64,000 bases of DNA, from assembly GCA_030390025.1 (NCBI GenBank), contig CM059431.1:154630001-154694000 (forward strand). Reading direction: 5' to 3'. Shown piece after piece: positions 41,501 through 56,500 of the stretch (its first letter is position 1; every line of letters begins with the position of its first letter). The stretch comes from Squalus acanthias. Lineage: Eukaryota. Position numbers and translations under genes: made by a program. The notes under the pieces are model-generated. The model worked only from the letters and a program-made list of their open reading frames with translations. It was not told the DNA's origin and did no database searches.

Positions 41501-44500
41501 TCTTTTATAATTTCAAAGAAAATGCAGTTACTGAAATATCACTAACGTTGGCGAGCTACACGGATTTCCAGCTGCGCACAGTTATCGTTTGCTACCGTCA
41601 CAGACTAGAACAGTCAATTGAAGAATTCGTGGAGGCCGTTAGTCAGTCGCTTGTAGATACAAACGTATTTACTGAAACAGATCATAAGGTATGTTTCATA
41701 TATGTTCCAATCGTATGGTGTTAAATGAGTCAAACGATTGACTGTTTAGACAGACCGTGTTCTGTGCAAACCAACTAAAATAGCGGTACTTTACGCTGCA
41801 CTTTATGAACTGAAATTATTGTCCAGTGCCGGTGTAATCAACATTTGAAGTACTCTTCTGAGATATCTCTCTGTTAAATTATTTTTTCAGGAATTTTCAA
41901 TGAATGTATTCATAATAAGAGAAGTTTCTCATGGACTAACATTGAGTTTTTTAATGGCAGCCTTCTTGGCACAATTATCGCCAGTTTATATACTCTTCCT
42001 TCAAAAGCTCAGAGTTGGGGCTGTTCCCTGATGATTGTACGGTGTTTAGTTCCATTCTCAAATCCTCAGAAAATGAAGCAGTCGATGCCCATACGCAGCA
42101 TGACCTAGACAACATCCATGTTTAGGCCTATAAGGGGCAGGTAACATTTATGCCGCGTCGTACCAGCTACTGACTACCTACAGATAGAGAAAGTGTAACT
42201 CTTTGCCGCTGACATTCAATGGCTTTACCATCGGAGTTCTACCACCATGAGTGTCCCGTTGATCACCAGTAAAACCGGCTGTGAGAATTCACTGCCAAAC
42301 TTCTTGCAGTTAACGTAATTCCAGCAGCCAAGCCCCTCGAAATGAGTAATTGAATAAGACACAATGTGCAGCCTGAGCATCACGCATCCTCATTAAAGCC
42401 CCAAATGGACAACCTGTAGATAGATCAAAACTGTAATAACCACATACGTCAAATCGCATGTGAATAAGTTAACTGATACATACGAACTTAACAGTATGAA
42501 TTTCCCTACGATCACGGCCGAGATTTTCCGCCCATTCTCCATCAAAACGGCCGAGAATTTCCAATTGGATTGAGCCATTGACGGCGGATTTAAACAATTT
42601 CTGCTGAACATATCCAATTCGTTTCTTCTATTCTACTTCTTGCTAAGTCCCGCCCCTACTTTGGTCCAATGCTCAGAGACATCAACAAACCCGGCCTCTC
42701 CCGAGGCCAGATCCTCTCACCTCATGAATGCCATAATTTCCCATTTCTTAAATAAACCTAGACTAATCTATGATGTTTAACTGCTCCATTTCTCCAATAG
42801 CACCTAACTTATTTAACATAAATGTAATGCAACATAGTATTGTGAATAAAGCTTGTGAGTTCAATGAACGCTTTGTCTGATGGTATGACATAATGATTTG
42901 ATCAGCGTGCCTTATATAAGGGCAGGATTGGGAAATGAAGTTCCCTGTTACCAGAAGATCATGGTAACTTAAGTTGTATGCAAAAAACTGGAGCAGTCAT
43001 TAATAACAGATTCATTTGCAGCATTGGAACTTCAGGACTGATATAAGGAATGTTTCAAAATAGAAATCCAGAAGTTTGGGGTAACACAATAATAATGGAA
43101 CACTTTTTGTATGAGGCGTTCGTTGTCTTACACCAAATTGTGGAAAAGGGATAGGCGAAGAGTTAGATAGACAAATTGGAGAAAATGCAGCAATAACAGT
43201 AACGGTGATTGTTGACTTTAAATATCCTAAGAACAGAAGTAACATAAGTGGGGAGGGATGCCAGGAGTCTGAAGCTTTCCCAGGACATTATTCAGATAGG
43301 TGCCATTTTAGGACAACAAGAAAGGATTGAGCATTTGATCCATTTCTAAAAATTGACAGCGGCTACTCAGTGAGGTAAGTCTAGTGAAACATTCACCAAT
43401 TTTATCGTTAGTATTCATATGAATTAGAAAATGTTTCGTTAAAATCAAAACAATAAATATGTTTAAGGAAAATTTCTAATTTCAACGTAGCTAACATATT
43501 AGCTCAGTTATATTGAGGCAGATATGATCAGATAATATCGTGGTGAGGCAATACAAAGATAGACAATAGAAGTTTACAATACAAGGTACACAAATCACAC
43601 GTGAATGAAAGGAGTGCAGCACAAACTATAATTACTTGAGCACGCATAGAAAATGAAAAAAAGAACAGAATTTACAATTGAATGTAGGAGTGTAGGGCTA
43701 GTTATATAAAACAAACGAAGGACGTGTTGGTAATATAGTGAATATATAATAGACGAATGAGTGCCCGGTGACAGAGTTCATATAATGATCAAATTCCGTA
43801 TAAACTTCAAAGAAAATAGTTACACCAATAACAGAGCTGCTTAGAGATGAAAGGGGAATTGTTCATATAGATGACGAGGGATTAACTGAAAACTATTAGT
43901 ACTGCTTCGATGAATGAAAGTGATACTTGGAATGAGTGAAAAACTCATCGAAGTCAATTGAAAAGAAAGTCAGACGCGAGTAAAACGGGCCGCCGATTCG
44001 CTTCAGAGCGTTTGGCCAGGTTGGCCAAAACTGGCCAACACCTTGTGACCCATTATTTATGGTTGTCAACTTGTGCAATCTGAGCTTCTAAAAACCAAGC
44101 TGTGAGCTTTCAAAACGATTATTGTCCTTAACAACGAATAATTATTGATTTGATCGGATCCCATACCTGTAATCTTAAGTTTGTGCTTTTTTTGCACTTG
44201 ACCCTTTTCCATCAATCAGATGCTGGTTATAATGAGAGAAAGTCCATTCGCCGTGGGTGTCTCAAAGTTGATCTTTTCTATCACTTTCACCTCTTCCAAT
44301 CCTACAACCTGTAAGATCCAGGCGCTGGTCCAGTTCTGGCCTCTTGTGCATCCCCCATTTTCATCGCTGCACCATTCCTTCAGCAGTTTAGACACTAAGC
44401 TCTGGAATTCTCTCCAGAAACGAACATGAATCTCTAACTCTCTCTTCTCTTAGACTCTCTTTAAATCTACTCTGTGACCAAGCTTTGGTTACCTGTCCTA

Positions 44501-47500
44501 ATATCTTCCTCTGATGCTTGGTGTTACATTTTGTTTGATAACACTTCCTTTGCAACGCTTTGGGACGTTTTACTACACTAGTTCTGGTTGTTTCTACTTA
44601 ATTCTCATTGCAGGCACGCCTCCTGTCTGACTAATGGCGTTACTTCCTTTTATTCGCTTATGGGATCTGGGCGTCGCTGGCAAGGATAGCATTTATTGCT
44701 CATCCCTTAATTCTTTACTGCATTAACTCCCGATTCTGAGCGTTTCATCTCTCTCCGAAGGAAAGCTAGAAATAGAAAAGACGTGTCTTATCCGAGTTTG
44801 TACATTACTTCTCTATATATGATTGCAATATACATTCTTGTTAGGAAATCAGATCCCGAGTTGAATGTCACCGCAGAAGCAATGCTTCCCAACTCATGTT
44901 ATGTACCGTGCTGGAAAAGGGAGCTCGGGGAGAAAGAACAATGTGGAACATATTGCTTCAACTGCAGAACACCAAACCCAAGCTGAAAATGACATTGTCA
45001 GAGATACAGAACAGATGTGCAGATGGAAAAAGTGAGCTAGGAGGTTAGTAGTATCCAAATCTAATTCTCCGTTAGAATAACAAAGTTTTATTTAAGATGT
45101 GCACTATTTTTTACTCGTTTATGTGATGTGGGCGTCGCTACCAAGGCCAGCATTTATTAACAATCCCTAGTTGTCCTTGAGAAGGTGGAGGCTTGCCGCT
45201 TTGCTGAAACGCTGCAGTCCATGTGTTGAAGGTACTCCCAATATGCTGTTGGGGAGGCAGTGCCATGAGTTTGACAAATGTCAATGAAGGAACGGCTGTA
45301 TACTTCCAAGAGAGGATGGTGTGTGTCTTGAAGGGGAACTTGGAAGTGTTGGTGTTCCCAGGCGCCTGATACTCTTGCCCTTCTCCCTGGTAGAGGCCGC
45401 GGGTTTCGGAGGTACTGGCGAAGAAGCCTTGACGAGTTCCCGCAGTGCATTTTGTAGATGGTCCACTCTGCAGCCACTGGGTGGCAGTGGGGAAGGGTCT
45501 GGATGCTACTAATTTATACAAGCTTGTGTGAGCTTTATACTCGATTCCTTGAACGAACTTATAAATTTCGGCTTGGACAGAGCTCCACTGCTCCTATGCA
45601 AATTCACCTTTTGTTCCTCGGATCCGTAATTCCCTCATTAACTGAACTACTTTGATTCCTTAAACCACATTGATCATTTGTGAAAGGCTCCTACTCATCG
45701 TCAAATCTCTCGCCTACCTTTTCTCTGAAGTCGTCTTCACATCCCCTCATTTGTACTCCAGTCCCTCCTCTCCCTTGCTGTGCTCTACATTGTACCAGTT
45801 CATCAGCTCCGAACTCCAGACATACAACTCATCCCCACCGAATGGAACTCAGCTCATATGAGCTTCCATCTCTGTACTTCTTGCTTATTTAAACAACGAC
45901 CACACGTAGCCAGGCCTGGGTTGTTTCTCTTAACTCCAGCAGAACATTCAGCGTTAATACTGAATACAACCACCTCTGCAAGGAAACACTAACAGTGTTC
46001 ACTGCTTGAAAGACTCTCGAAAGAACTTCTGTCGCGATAGCCGTTAGTTCAGAGTATTCACTTGTTCCATAGCATTTCTGTTAATCTGTTCTCATTTACA
46101 CCTTCACTGAAAATGCAGATACTGAAATATTACAAACGTTGGCGAGCTACACGGATTTCCAGCTGCGCAGAGTTATCGATTGCCACCGTCAGAGACTAGA
46201 ACAGTCAATTGAAGAGGTAGTGGAGGCCGTTAGTCAGTCGCTTGTAGATGCAAACATGCTTACTGAAACAAAACTTAAGGTATGTTTCATTTATGTTAGA
46301 ATCGTATAGTTATAAATGAGTCAAACGATTGACTGTTTATACTCATAGAATCAGAGAGTCATCGCCCAGATATTGGAGTTCAATGATTGCCGCGGGGGTA
46401 ACGATCCGCCGCGATATCGCACTCCGCGCCTACCTTTATGGTTTTGGCCCACACGAACTACAGTTCCTGGGCCTCTCCCTGGTGCCGGCGCGCAGTGTGT
46501 GCGTGTCCCAGAGGCACAGTTAATTCGATATGACCTCTGGGATCACGTGGACCAGTTAGAGCCAATGGCAGCACACCATCTTTCATTCATCGTTTTGACA
46601 GCAAGAGCTGTCAAAACTATGAACACAACAAGACCGCAAAAGAACAGCTAAACCTCAATTATTTTTTTTAAAAAGCCATCACATTAATAAAATAACTATA
46701 GTAAAATAAATTAACCACTTTAAACAAAAATTTTAATTTTTGAAAAAGTTTTAAATTCTTTTTAAAAGTTATAAAAATAAACTTACCTTCTTTACAGTCT
46801 CTAAAAAAGATAAACGTGTTGAAAAAAATTTAAAATTATACTTAATTAACTACTTACCTTGTTAAAAGGGGGTCTTACGCCTGCTTTCTTTATGTGTAAA
46901 ATCTTCAACACTTACCTGCACTTTCAAACCTGAAAAAAAAACTAAGTGCGCTGCATGCGCACAACCTGTAGCGCGCACCCGGTTCACTTAGGAACCGCCC
47001 CCTTCGCAATACCCGAAGTGCCGGTTTCCCGCGCATGCGCAGTGCATGCAGGAAACCGGCACTTCGGGACCAAATACGCGAGAGCACACAGCTCGTACTC
47101 TTCCGCATTAGGTCTAATTTTCGGGCCATTGAGTTGACAACACAGAAAGAGGCCCTTCGGCCCATCGTGTCCGGCGCCGACCATCAAGTCCTCTCTTTTC
47201 TGATCCCATTTTCCAGCACTTGGTCCGTATCCTTGTATGCTATGGCGTTTCAAGTGCTCATCTAAATGCTTCTTGAATTTTGTGAAGGTTCCTGCCTCTA
47301 CCACCCTTTCAGGAAGTGAGTTCCAGATTCCAACAACCCTCTGGGTGAAAAAGTTTTTCCTCAAATCCCCTCTAAACCTCGTGCCCCTTTCCTTGAAACT
47401 GTGCCCCCTTGTTATTGAACCCTCGACTAAGGGAAAACGTTCATTTCTATCTACCGTATCTGTGTCCCTCATAATTTTGTACACCTCAATCAGGTCCCCC

Positions 47501-50500
47501 CTCAGACATCTCTGCTCTAAGGAAAACAACCACAGCCTGTCCAGTCTCTCTTCTTAGCTGTAGCGCTGCTACGCAGGTAATATCCTGGTGAATCTCCTCT
47601 GCTCCCTCTCCAATGCAATCACATCCTTCCTATAGTGTGGCGACCAGAACTGCACACAGCATTCCAGCTGTGGCCTAACTAGCGCTTTGTAAAGCTCCAT
47701 CATAACCTCCCTGCTCTTATATTCTATGCCTCGGCTAATGAAGGCAAATATCCCATATTTCTTCTTAACCAGCTTATCTACCTGTCCTGCTGCATTCAGG
47801 GATATATATGCATGCACACGAAGTTCCCTCTGATCTTTTGTCATTCCTAAGGTCCTACCATTCATTGTCTATTCCATTCCCTTGTTAGTCCTCCTAAAAT
47901 GCATCACCTCACACTTTTCAGGGTTAAATTCCAATTGCCACTGTTCTGCCCATCTGAACAACCCGTCTGTAACGTCCTGTAGCCTAAGGCTTCCCTCCTC
48001 CCTATTTACCACGCCACCAATTTTCGTGTCATCTGCGAACTTACTGATCATACCTCCTACATTCATATCTAAATCATTAATGTACACTACAAACAGCAAA
48101 GGACCCAGCACCGATCCCTGCGGTACACCACTGGGCACAGGCTTCCAGTCGCAAAAACAACCTTCGACCACCACCCTCTGCCTCCTGCCACGAAGCCAAT
48201 TTTGGATCCAATGTACCAAGTTGCCCTGGATCCCATGGGCTCTTACCTTCTTGATCAGGCTCCCATGCGGGACTGTTTCAAAGCCTTGCTGATGTGCATG
48301 TAGCCACATCAACTGCACTACCCTCATCCACACACATACTCACCCCCTCGAAAAATTAAATCAAATTGATCAGACATCATCTCCCCCTGAAAAAGCCATG
48401 CTGACTATCCTTGATTTATCCTTGCCTCTTCAAGTGGAGAGTAATACTGTCCTCAGAAGTTTTTCGAATAATTTCCCTACAAATGATGTTAGGCTCACTG
48501 TCCTATAATTACCTGGTTAATCCCTACTACCCTTCTTGAATAATGGTACTACGTTAGCTGTTCTCGAGTCCTCTGGCACCTCACCTGTGGCCATGAGGTT
48601 CTGAAAATTTATGTCATAGCCCCTGCAATCTCCTCCCTTCCCTCACACAGCAGCCTGTGATACATCTCGTCTGGGCCTGGGGATTTATCCACTTTTAAGC
48701 CCGCTAAAACCGATAGTACCTCCTCCCTCTTAATAATAATTTGATAAGTATATCACAATCCCCCTGTCTGATTAATATGACTACATCTTCCTTCTCCATA
48801 GTGAACACAGATGCAAAATATTCATTTAAAACCCCACCTACATCTTCTGGCTCGACACACGGATTGCCACTTTGGTCCCTAATGCGCCCTACTCTTTCCC
48901 TGGTTATCCTCTTGACCTTAATATACATATATAACACCTTAGGATTGTCCTTTATTCTGCCCGCCAGTGTTAATTCATGCCCCCTCTTCACTCTCCTAAT
49001 TTATTTTTTTCATTAACCCCCTGCACTTTCGATACTCCTCTAGGGCTTCCACTGTTATTAGTCCTTTGTTTCTGCCAAAATACTCCCTTTTTTCCGACTC
49101 CATTCTCGTATATCCCTTGACATCCACAGTTCCCACATTGGCTTGTTGGTCCCACCCTTGACATTTACGGGAACATGTTGCCGTTGTACTCTCTCGATTT
49201 CCTTTCTGAAAGAATCCCACTGCTCTGATGTGGATTAACCTACAAGTAGCTGCTCCCAGTCCACTTTGGCCAGATCCTGCTTTATCATATTAAAATCGTC
49301 CTTCCCCCAATTTAGAACAGTTATTTCCACTTATCTTTTCCTTTTCCATGACGACCTTACATCTCACCGAATTATGGACACTGTCACCAAAATGCTCTCC
49401 TACTAACACTTCCACCACTTACACGGCTACATTCCCTAAAATTAGGTCCAGTACCGCCCCCTCTCTTGTAGGACTTTCTACATGCTTGCACAAAAAGCTT
49501 TCATGGAAGCCCTTTAAGAATTTCGCACCCTCTAAGCCTTTCGCACTCTCACTGTCCCAGTTTATATTGGGGAATTTGAAATCTCCTACTATTTTTACCT
49601 ATTATTTCTACACTTCTCTGAGATTTGCCCAAATATCTATTCCTCTATCTCTCCTGACTGTTTGGGGGCCTATGGTACACTCCCAGCAAAGTGCTTGCCT
49701 CTTTTTGTTTTTAAGTTCTACGATACGGCCTCATTAGAGGAACCTGCTAAGATATCAATCCTCCTTAAAGCAGTAATTGATTCCTTGATTAATATTGCGA
49801 CACCCCCTCCTCTTTTACACCCCCCTCTGTCTCGCCTGAAGATTCTATGCCCCGGAATATTGAGCTGCCAGTCCTGCCCCTCCCTCAACCATGTCTCTGT
49901 GATAGCAACAACATCATACTCCCATGTGTTCATCAACACCTTCAATTCATCTACCTGACTCGCAACACTACTTGCATTTAAATAAATGCCATCTAGCCTT
50001 GCCATAATCAATTTTGCCTTTACATATTTGCTCTGCCTATCAGGCTGACTTGCTTTTTCCTCTATAGTTGGCTGTGCAACACCCCCTACTATCCTTCCAC
50101 TCCGTATCCCATCCTTATGCCAAGTTAGTTTAAACCCCCCGCAACAGTATTGGAAATCTCCCCGCAATGATGTTGTTCCCGTTTCGGTTCAGGTGCAACC
50201 CGTCCGACTTGTACAGGTCACACCTTCCCCAGAAGCAGACCCAGTGATCCAGGAAACTAAACCGCTCCGTCGTGCACCAACCCTTTAGCCACGCATTCAT
50301 CTGCTCTATCCTCCCATTCCTATACTCACCAGCACGTGGCACCGGGAGTAATCCAGAGATTACTTCCTTTGATGTCCTGCTTTTTAAATATGCTACCTAG
50401 CTCCCTAAATTCTTTTTGCAGAACCTCATCCCTCTTTCTACCCATGTCGTTGGTACCAATGTGAACCAGGACCTCTGACAGTTCGCCTTCCCCCATCAGA

Positions 50501-53500
50501 ATGCCCTGCAGCCGTTCAGTGACATTCTTGACCCTGGTAACAGGGAGGCAACATATCATCCTGGAGTCACGTCTGTGGCCAGATTAACGTCTATCTGTTC
50601 CCCTTATGATAGAATCCCCTATCACGATTGCTCTCCCACTCTTTTTCCTCCCCTCGTGTGCAGCTGAGCCACTCGTAGTGCCAAGGACTTGGCTCTTGCT
50701 GCATTCTCCTGAAAAACCATCTCCCCCATCAGTATCCAAAACGGAACATCTGTCGGACAGGGAGATGAACCCAGGGGACTTCTGCACTACCTTCCTAGTT
50801 ATTTTACTCTGACTGATGGTCACCCATTCCCTACCTGCCTGTGCACACTTTACCTGTTGTGTGACCACCTTGTTAAACGTGCTATCCTCGAAGCTCTCAG
50901 CTTCGCGGATTCTGCACAGTGACTCCAGCCGCAGCTCCAGCTCCGAAATGCGGATTTCGAGAAGCTGCAGCTGGAGACACTTCATGCACATGTGCCCGCC
51001 CTGGACACCTAAAGTGTTCCTGACTTCCAACATAGCACAGGAGGAGAACTCCACGCCTTTTATTCAGAGATTATTCTGTGCAATCCAACGATATAAGCAG
51101 TACATTACGCTGTACTGTTTTAACTTCAGTTGAAAATCTGAAATTAATGTCCTGTCTCAGTGATTTGAAATACTCTTCAGTGATATCTCTGTTAAATTAA
51201 TTTTTCATGAATTGTCAATGCATGCATTCCTAATAAGAGAACAGTACCTCACGGACGAACCGTGATTTTTAATAGCTGCCTTCTGTGCCCAAGTATCGTC
51301 AACTGCTTCATCAATGACCTTCCTTCAAAAGGTCAGAGTTGGGGCTATTCGCTAATAATTGCACAATGCTTAGTTCCGTTCGCAATTCCTCAGAAAATTA
51401 AGCAGTCCATGCCCACACGCAGCATGACCCGGACAACATCCAGGTTTGGGGCGATAAGTGAGAGGTAATATTTATGACACGTAAGTTTCAGGTGCTGGCT
51501 ACATGCAACTAGAGAAAGTCTAACCCATTACCATTGACATTCAATGGCTTTACCTTAGGCGTTCTACCATCATGAGTGTCCCGGTGATCATCAGTAAAAT
51601 CAGCTCTGAGAATGTTATGCCAAACCTCTTGCAGTTAACGTTATTCCAGTAGCCAAGCCACTCGAAATGAGTAATTGAATAAGACAAAACATGCAGCGCA
51701 AGCAACACACATCATCATTACAGTCCAATGGACAACCAGGTGCTAAGTCAAAACTGTTATAATCACATTATTCAAATCTAATGTGAATAACTGACACATA
51801 CCAACTTAACAGTATGACATTTCCTACGATCACGGCTGAGATACTCTACACATTATCCATCAAAACGGCCGAGCCTTTCGAATTGGATTGAGCCATTGCC
51901 GGTTGCACGGACTGAACAATTTCTACAATAACATATCCAATTTGTTTCTTCCATTCTACTTCTTGCTAAGTCCCACATCTACCTCGGCCCAAAACTTAGG
52001 GACGTCATCACTCCGAGCATCTCCCGAGGCCACATCCTCTCACTTCAGTAATGCCATAATGTCGCATTTCATAAAAAACCCTAGTCTAATCGATGATGTT
52101 TATCTGCTCCCTTTCTCCAATAACTCCTCACTTATGTAACACAAATGTAAAGAGACATAATACTGTGAATAAAGCTGGGAGGTTCAAGGTACAGTTTGTC
52201 TGAGGGTATGATATAATGATTTGATCGATGTGGCTTATATAAGTGCAGGATTGGGAGATGAATTGTGCCCTGTTACCTGAAGATCATGGTAACTTAATTT
52301 GTATGCAAATAGGGAGCATTCATTAATAACAGTTTCAGTTGCAGAATTGGAACTTCAGGAATGATATAAGGAATTATTCAAAATAGAAATCTCAAAGTTT
52401 GGGGTAACACCATCATAACATAACTCTTTTTTATAAAGCGTTCGTTGTCTTACACAAACTAATGGAAAAGTGATGGAAGATAAGTTATATAGACAAATTG
52501 GAGATAATGCAGCAATGACAGTAACAGTGATTGGTGACTGTAAATATTCAAAGTACAGAAGTAATCTAATTGATTTAGGGAGGCCTTGGTGTCTAAAGCT
52601 TGTCCAGGACATTATTCAGCTGGCTACAATTTTGGACGACAAGAAAGGATTGAGCATTTCATAAATTTCTAGAAATGGGCAGGGACTAGTCGGTGAGGTA
52701 AAGGCAGTGAAACATCTACCAATGTTATCGTTTATATGTTCATATGTTAGTATTCATATGAATTATAAAATGTTTCGTTACAATCAAAACAATAATTATG
52801 TTAAAGGAATAAATCTAATGTCAACGAGGTTGACATATCAGCTCAGATACATTGAGGCGGATATTATCAAATAATATCGTGGGTAGGAAATAAGAAGATA
52901 GACAATGTAGGATTCCCATACAAGATACACAAATCACACGGGGAATGAAAGCAGTGCAGGACAGTTAAGAATTACTTGAGCTTGCAGAGATAATGAAATA
53001 AACAATAGATTTAAAATTGAATGTAGGAGTGTTGGGCTAGTTATATAAAACAAATGAAGGAAACCTGGGTAATATAGTGAACATTTAATCGATGAATCAG
53101 TGTCCGGTGACAGAGTTCGAGACAATGATCATATTCCAAAGACACTTCAAGGAAAAAAGTTAAACAAAGAAAAGTGCTGTGCAGAGATGAAATGGGAATA
53201 GTTCATATAGAGGACTTAGGATTCACTGAAAAGCTATTGGTACTGTTTCGATGAATTAACCTGATACTTGGAATGAATGAAAAACTCATTGAAGTCAATG
53301 GAAATGAAAGTCAGATGAGAGTAAAACTGGGCTGCAAATTCGCTTCAGCGCGTTTGACCCAATTGGCCAACACCGGCCAACACCTTGTGACGCATTTTTA
53401 TGGGTGTCAACTTGTGCAATCTGAGTTTCTAAAAAATTAACTGTGAGCTTTCAGAAATATTAAGTTGCTCCACTACCAATAAATACTGGTTTTGATCATA

Positions 53501-56500
53501 TCCTATATCTGTAACGGTAGCTTTGTGCTTTGATTTTCCACTTTACCCTTTTCCATCAATCGGTTCCTGGTTATAATGAGAGAAAGATCAGTTGCCCTGG
53601 GTGTCTCAAAGCTGCTCCTTTCTATCTCAGTTACCTCTTCCAATCCTACAACCTGTCAAGATTCAGACGCTGGGCTAATTCTTACCTCTTGTGCATTCCC
53701 CTTTTTCCATCGCTCCACCATTGACGGCCTTGCCTTAAGCGGTTTAGACCCTAAGATCTTGAATTCCCTCCCCAAACCACTATGAATCTCTAATCTCTCT
53801 TCTCTTAGACTCTCTTTAAATCTACTCTCTGACCAAGCTTTGGTCAACTGTCCTAATATCTTCCTCTGATGCTTGATGTTACATTTTGTTTGATAACACT
53901 CCCTTTGCAACGCTTTGGAACGTTTTACTACGCTAGTTGTTGTTGCTTCTAATTAATTATCATTGCGGGCGCTCCTCCTGTCTGACAAATGGCATATCTT
54001 CCTTTTATTCGATTATGGGATCTGGGCTTCGCTGGCAAGGACAGCATTTATTGACCGTCCCTTAATTGTTTTCTGCATTAACTCCCGATTCTGAGCATTT
54101 ATTCTCTCTCCTAAGGAAAGCTAGAAATAGAAAAGACGTTTCCTTTCCGAGTTTGTACATTACTTCTCTGTATATGATTGCAATATACATTCTTGTTAGG
54201 AAATCAGAACACTAGCTGAATGTCACCGCAGAAGCGATGCATCCCAACTTATTTTCGACACCGTGCTGGAAAAGGGAGCTCGGGGAAAAAGAACAATGTG
54301 GAACATATTACTTCAACTGCAGAACACCAAACCCAAGCTGAAAATGACATTGTCAGAGATGCAGAATAGAAATACAGAAGGAGAAAGTGATCTAGAAGGT
54401 TAGTGGTATCCAAATCTATATTTCCGTTAGAATAACAAAGTTTCATTTGAGGTGAGAATTTTATTTTATTCCTTTAAGGGATGTGGGCGTTACTGGCAAG
54501 GCCAGCATATATTGCACATCCCTAGTTGCACTTTCGAAACTGTTGGGTATCCGCTTTCTGAAACGCTGCAGTCGATGACTTGAAGTTACTCCCACAATAC
54601 TGTTGGGGAAGGAGTGCCATGAGTTTGACACAGCGACAATGAAGGAAAGGCGATATTCTTTAAAGTTAGGATGGTGTGTGAGTCGGAGGGGAAAATGGAT
54701 GTAGTGGTGTTCCCAGGCGCCTGCTGCTCTTGTCCTTCTCGGCGGTGGATCTCGTGGATTTGGGAAGTGCCGTCGAAGAAGCGTTAATGAGTATCCGCAG
54801 TGCATCTTGTAGATGGAACACTCTGCAGCCACGGTGTGGCAGTGGGGAAGGGACTGAATGCAACAAATTGATTCATGCTTGTATGAGTTTTATACTCGAT
54901 TTCTCAAATGAACTGCCCGTTATAAATTGCAGCTTGGACAGCGACCTCTACTCCTATTCAAATTCATCCTCAATTCCACGTTTCCGTGATGCCCAAAATA
55001 ACTGACCTACTATGATTTCTTATCCCATATTGATCAATTGTGAAATGCTGCTGCTCATCCTAAAAGCCCTCCCCCACTTTATCTCTAAAGTCGTCTTCAC
55101 ATCGCCTCTTTTACAATCCTGTCCGTCGTCTCCCCTTGCTGTGATCTCCAGTGTACCAGTTCATCTGCTCCGGACTCCAGACATAGAATTCATTCACACC
55201 GACTGGAACTCAGTTCCTATTAGCTTCCATCTCTGTACGTCTTACTTATGTTAAGCATCGACCACATGTTGCAAGGCCTGGTTCGTTTTCTTAACTCCAG
55301 CAAAGCAATTCTGCGTTAATTCTGAATTCCACCTCTGTAAGGCTCCACTGGCAGTGTCACCGCTAAACAACTGCTGTCGCGATAGCAGTTAGTTCAGAGT
55401 ATTCACTGTTTCATAGCGGAAATTTATGTTAATCTGTTCTCATTTACACCTTCAAAGAAAATGCAGTTACTGAACTATCACTAACGTTGGCGAGCTACAC
55501 GGATTTCCAGCTGCGCAGAGTTATCGTTTGCTACCGGCAGAGACTGGACCAGTCAATTGAAGAATTCGTGGAGGCCGTCAGTCAGTCGCTTGTCGATGCA
55601 AACGTATTTACTGAAACAGATCATAAGGTATGTTTCATATATGTTCCACTCGTATGGTGTTAAATGAGTCAAACGATTGACTGTTTAGACAGACTGTGTT
55701 CTGTACAACCCAACTGTATTAGCGATCCTTTACGCTGCACTTTATTTACTGAAATTATTGTCCAGTGCCAGTGTAATCAACATTTAATGTACTCTTCTGA
55801 GGTATCTCTCTGTTAAATTATTTTTTCAGCAATTTTCAATGAATGTATTCATAATAAGATAAGTTTCTCCTGGACTAACAGTGATTTTTTAATGGCAGCA
55901 TTCTTGGCACAATTATTGCCAGCTTCAATAATCTTCCTTCAAAAGCTCAGAGTTGGGGCAGTTCCCTGATGATTGTACGGTGTTTAGTTCCATTCGCAAA
56001 TCCTCAGAAAATGAAGCAGTCGATTCCCACACGCAGCTTGACCTAGACAACATCCATGTTTAGGCCGATAAGGGGCAGGTAACATTTATGCTGCGTAGTA
56101 CCAGGTACTGACTACCAACAGATAGAGAAAGTCTAACACATTGCCGTTGACATTCAATAGCTTTACTATCGGAGTTCTACCACCATGAGTGTCCCGGTGA
56201 TCACCAGTAAAACCAGCTGTGAGAATTCACTGCCAAACTTCTTGCAGTTAACGTAATTCCAGGAGCCAAGGCCCTCGAAATGAGTAATTGAATAAGACAC
56301 AATGTGCAGACTAAGCATCACGCATCCTCATTAAAACCCCAAATGGACAACCTGTAGATAGATCAAAACTGTAATAACCTCATACGTCAAATCGCATGAG
56401 AATAAGTTAACTGACACATACGAACTTAACAGTATGAATTTCCAACCGATCACGTCCGAGATTTTCCGCCCCTTCTCCATCAAAACGGCCGAGAATTTCC

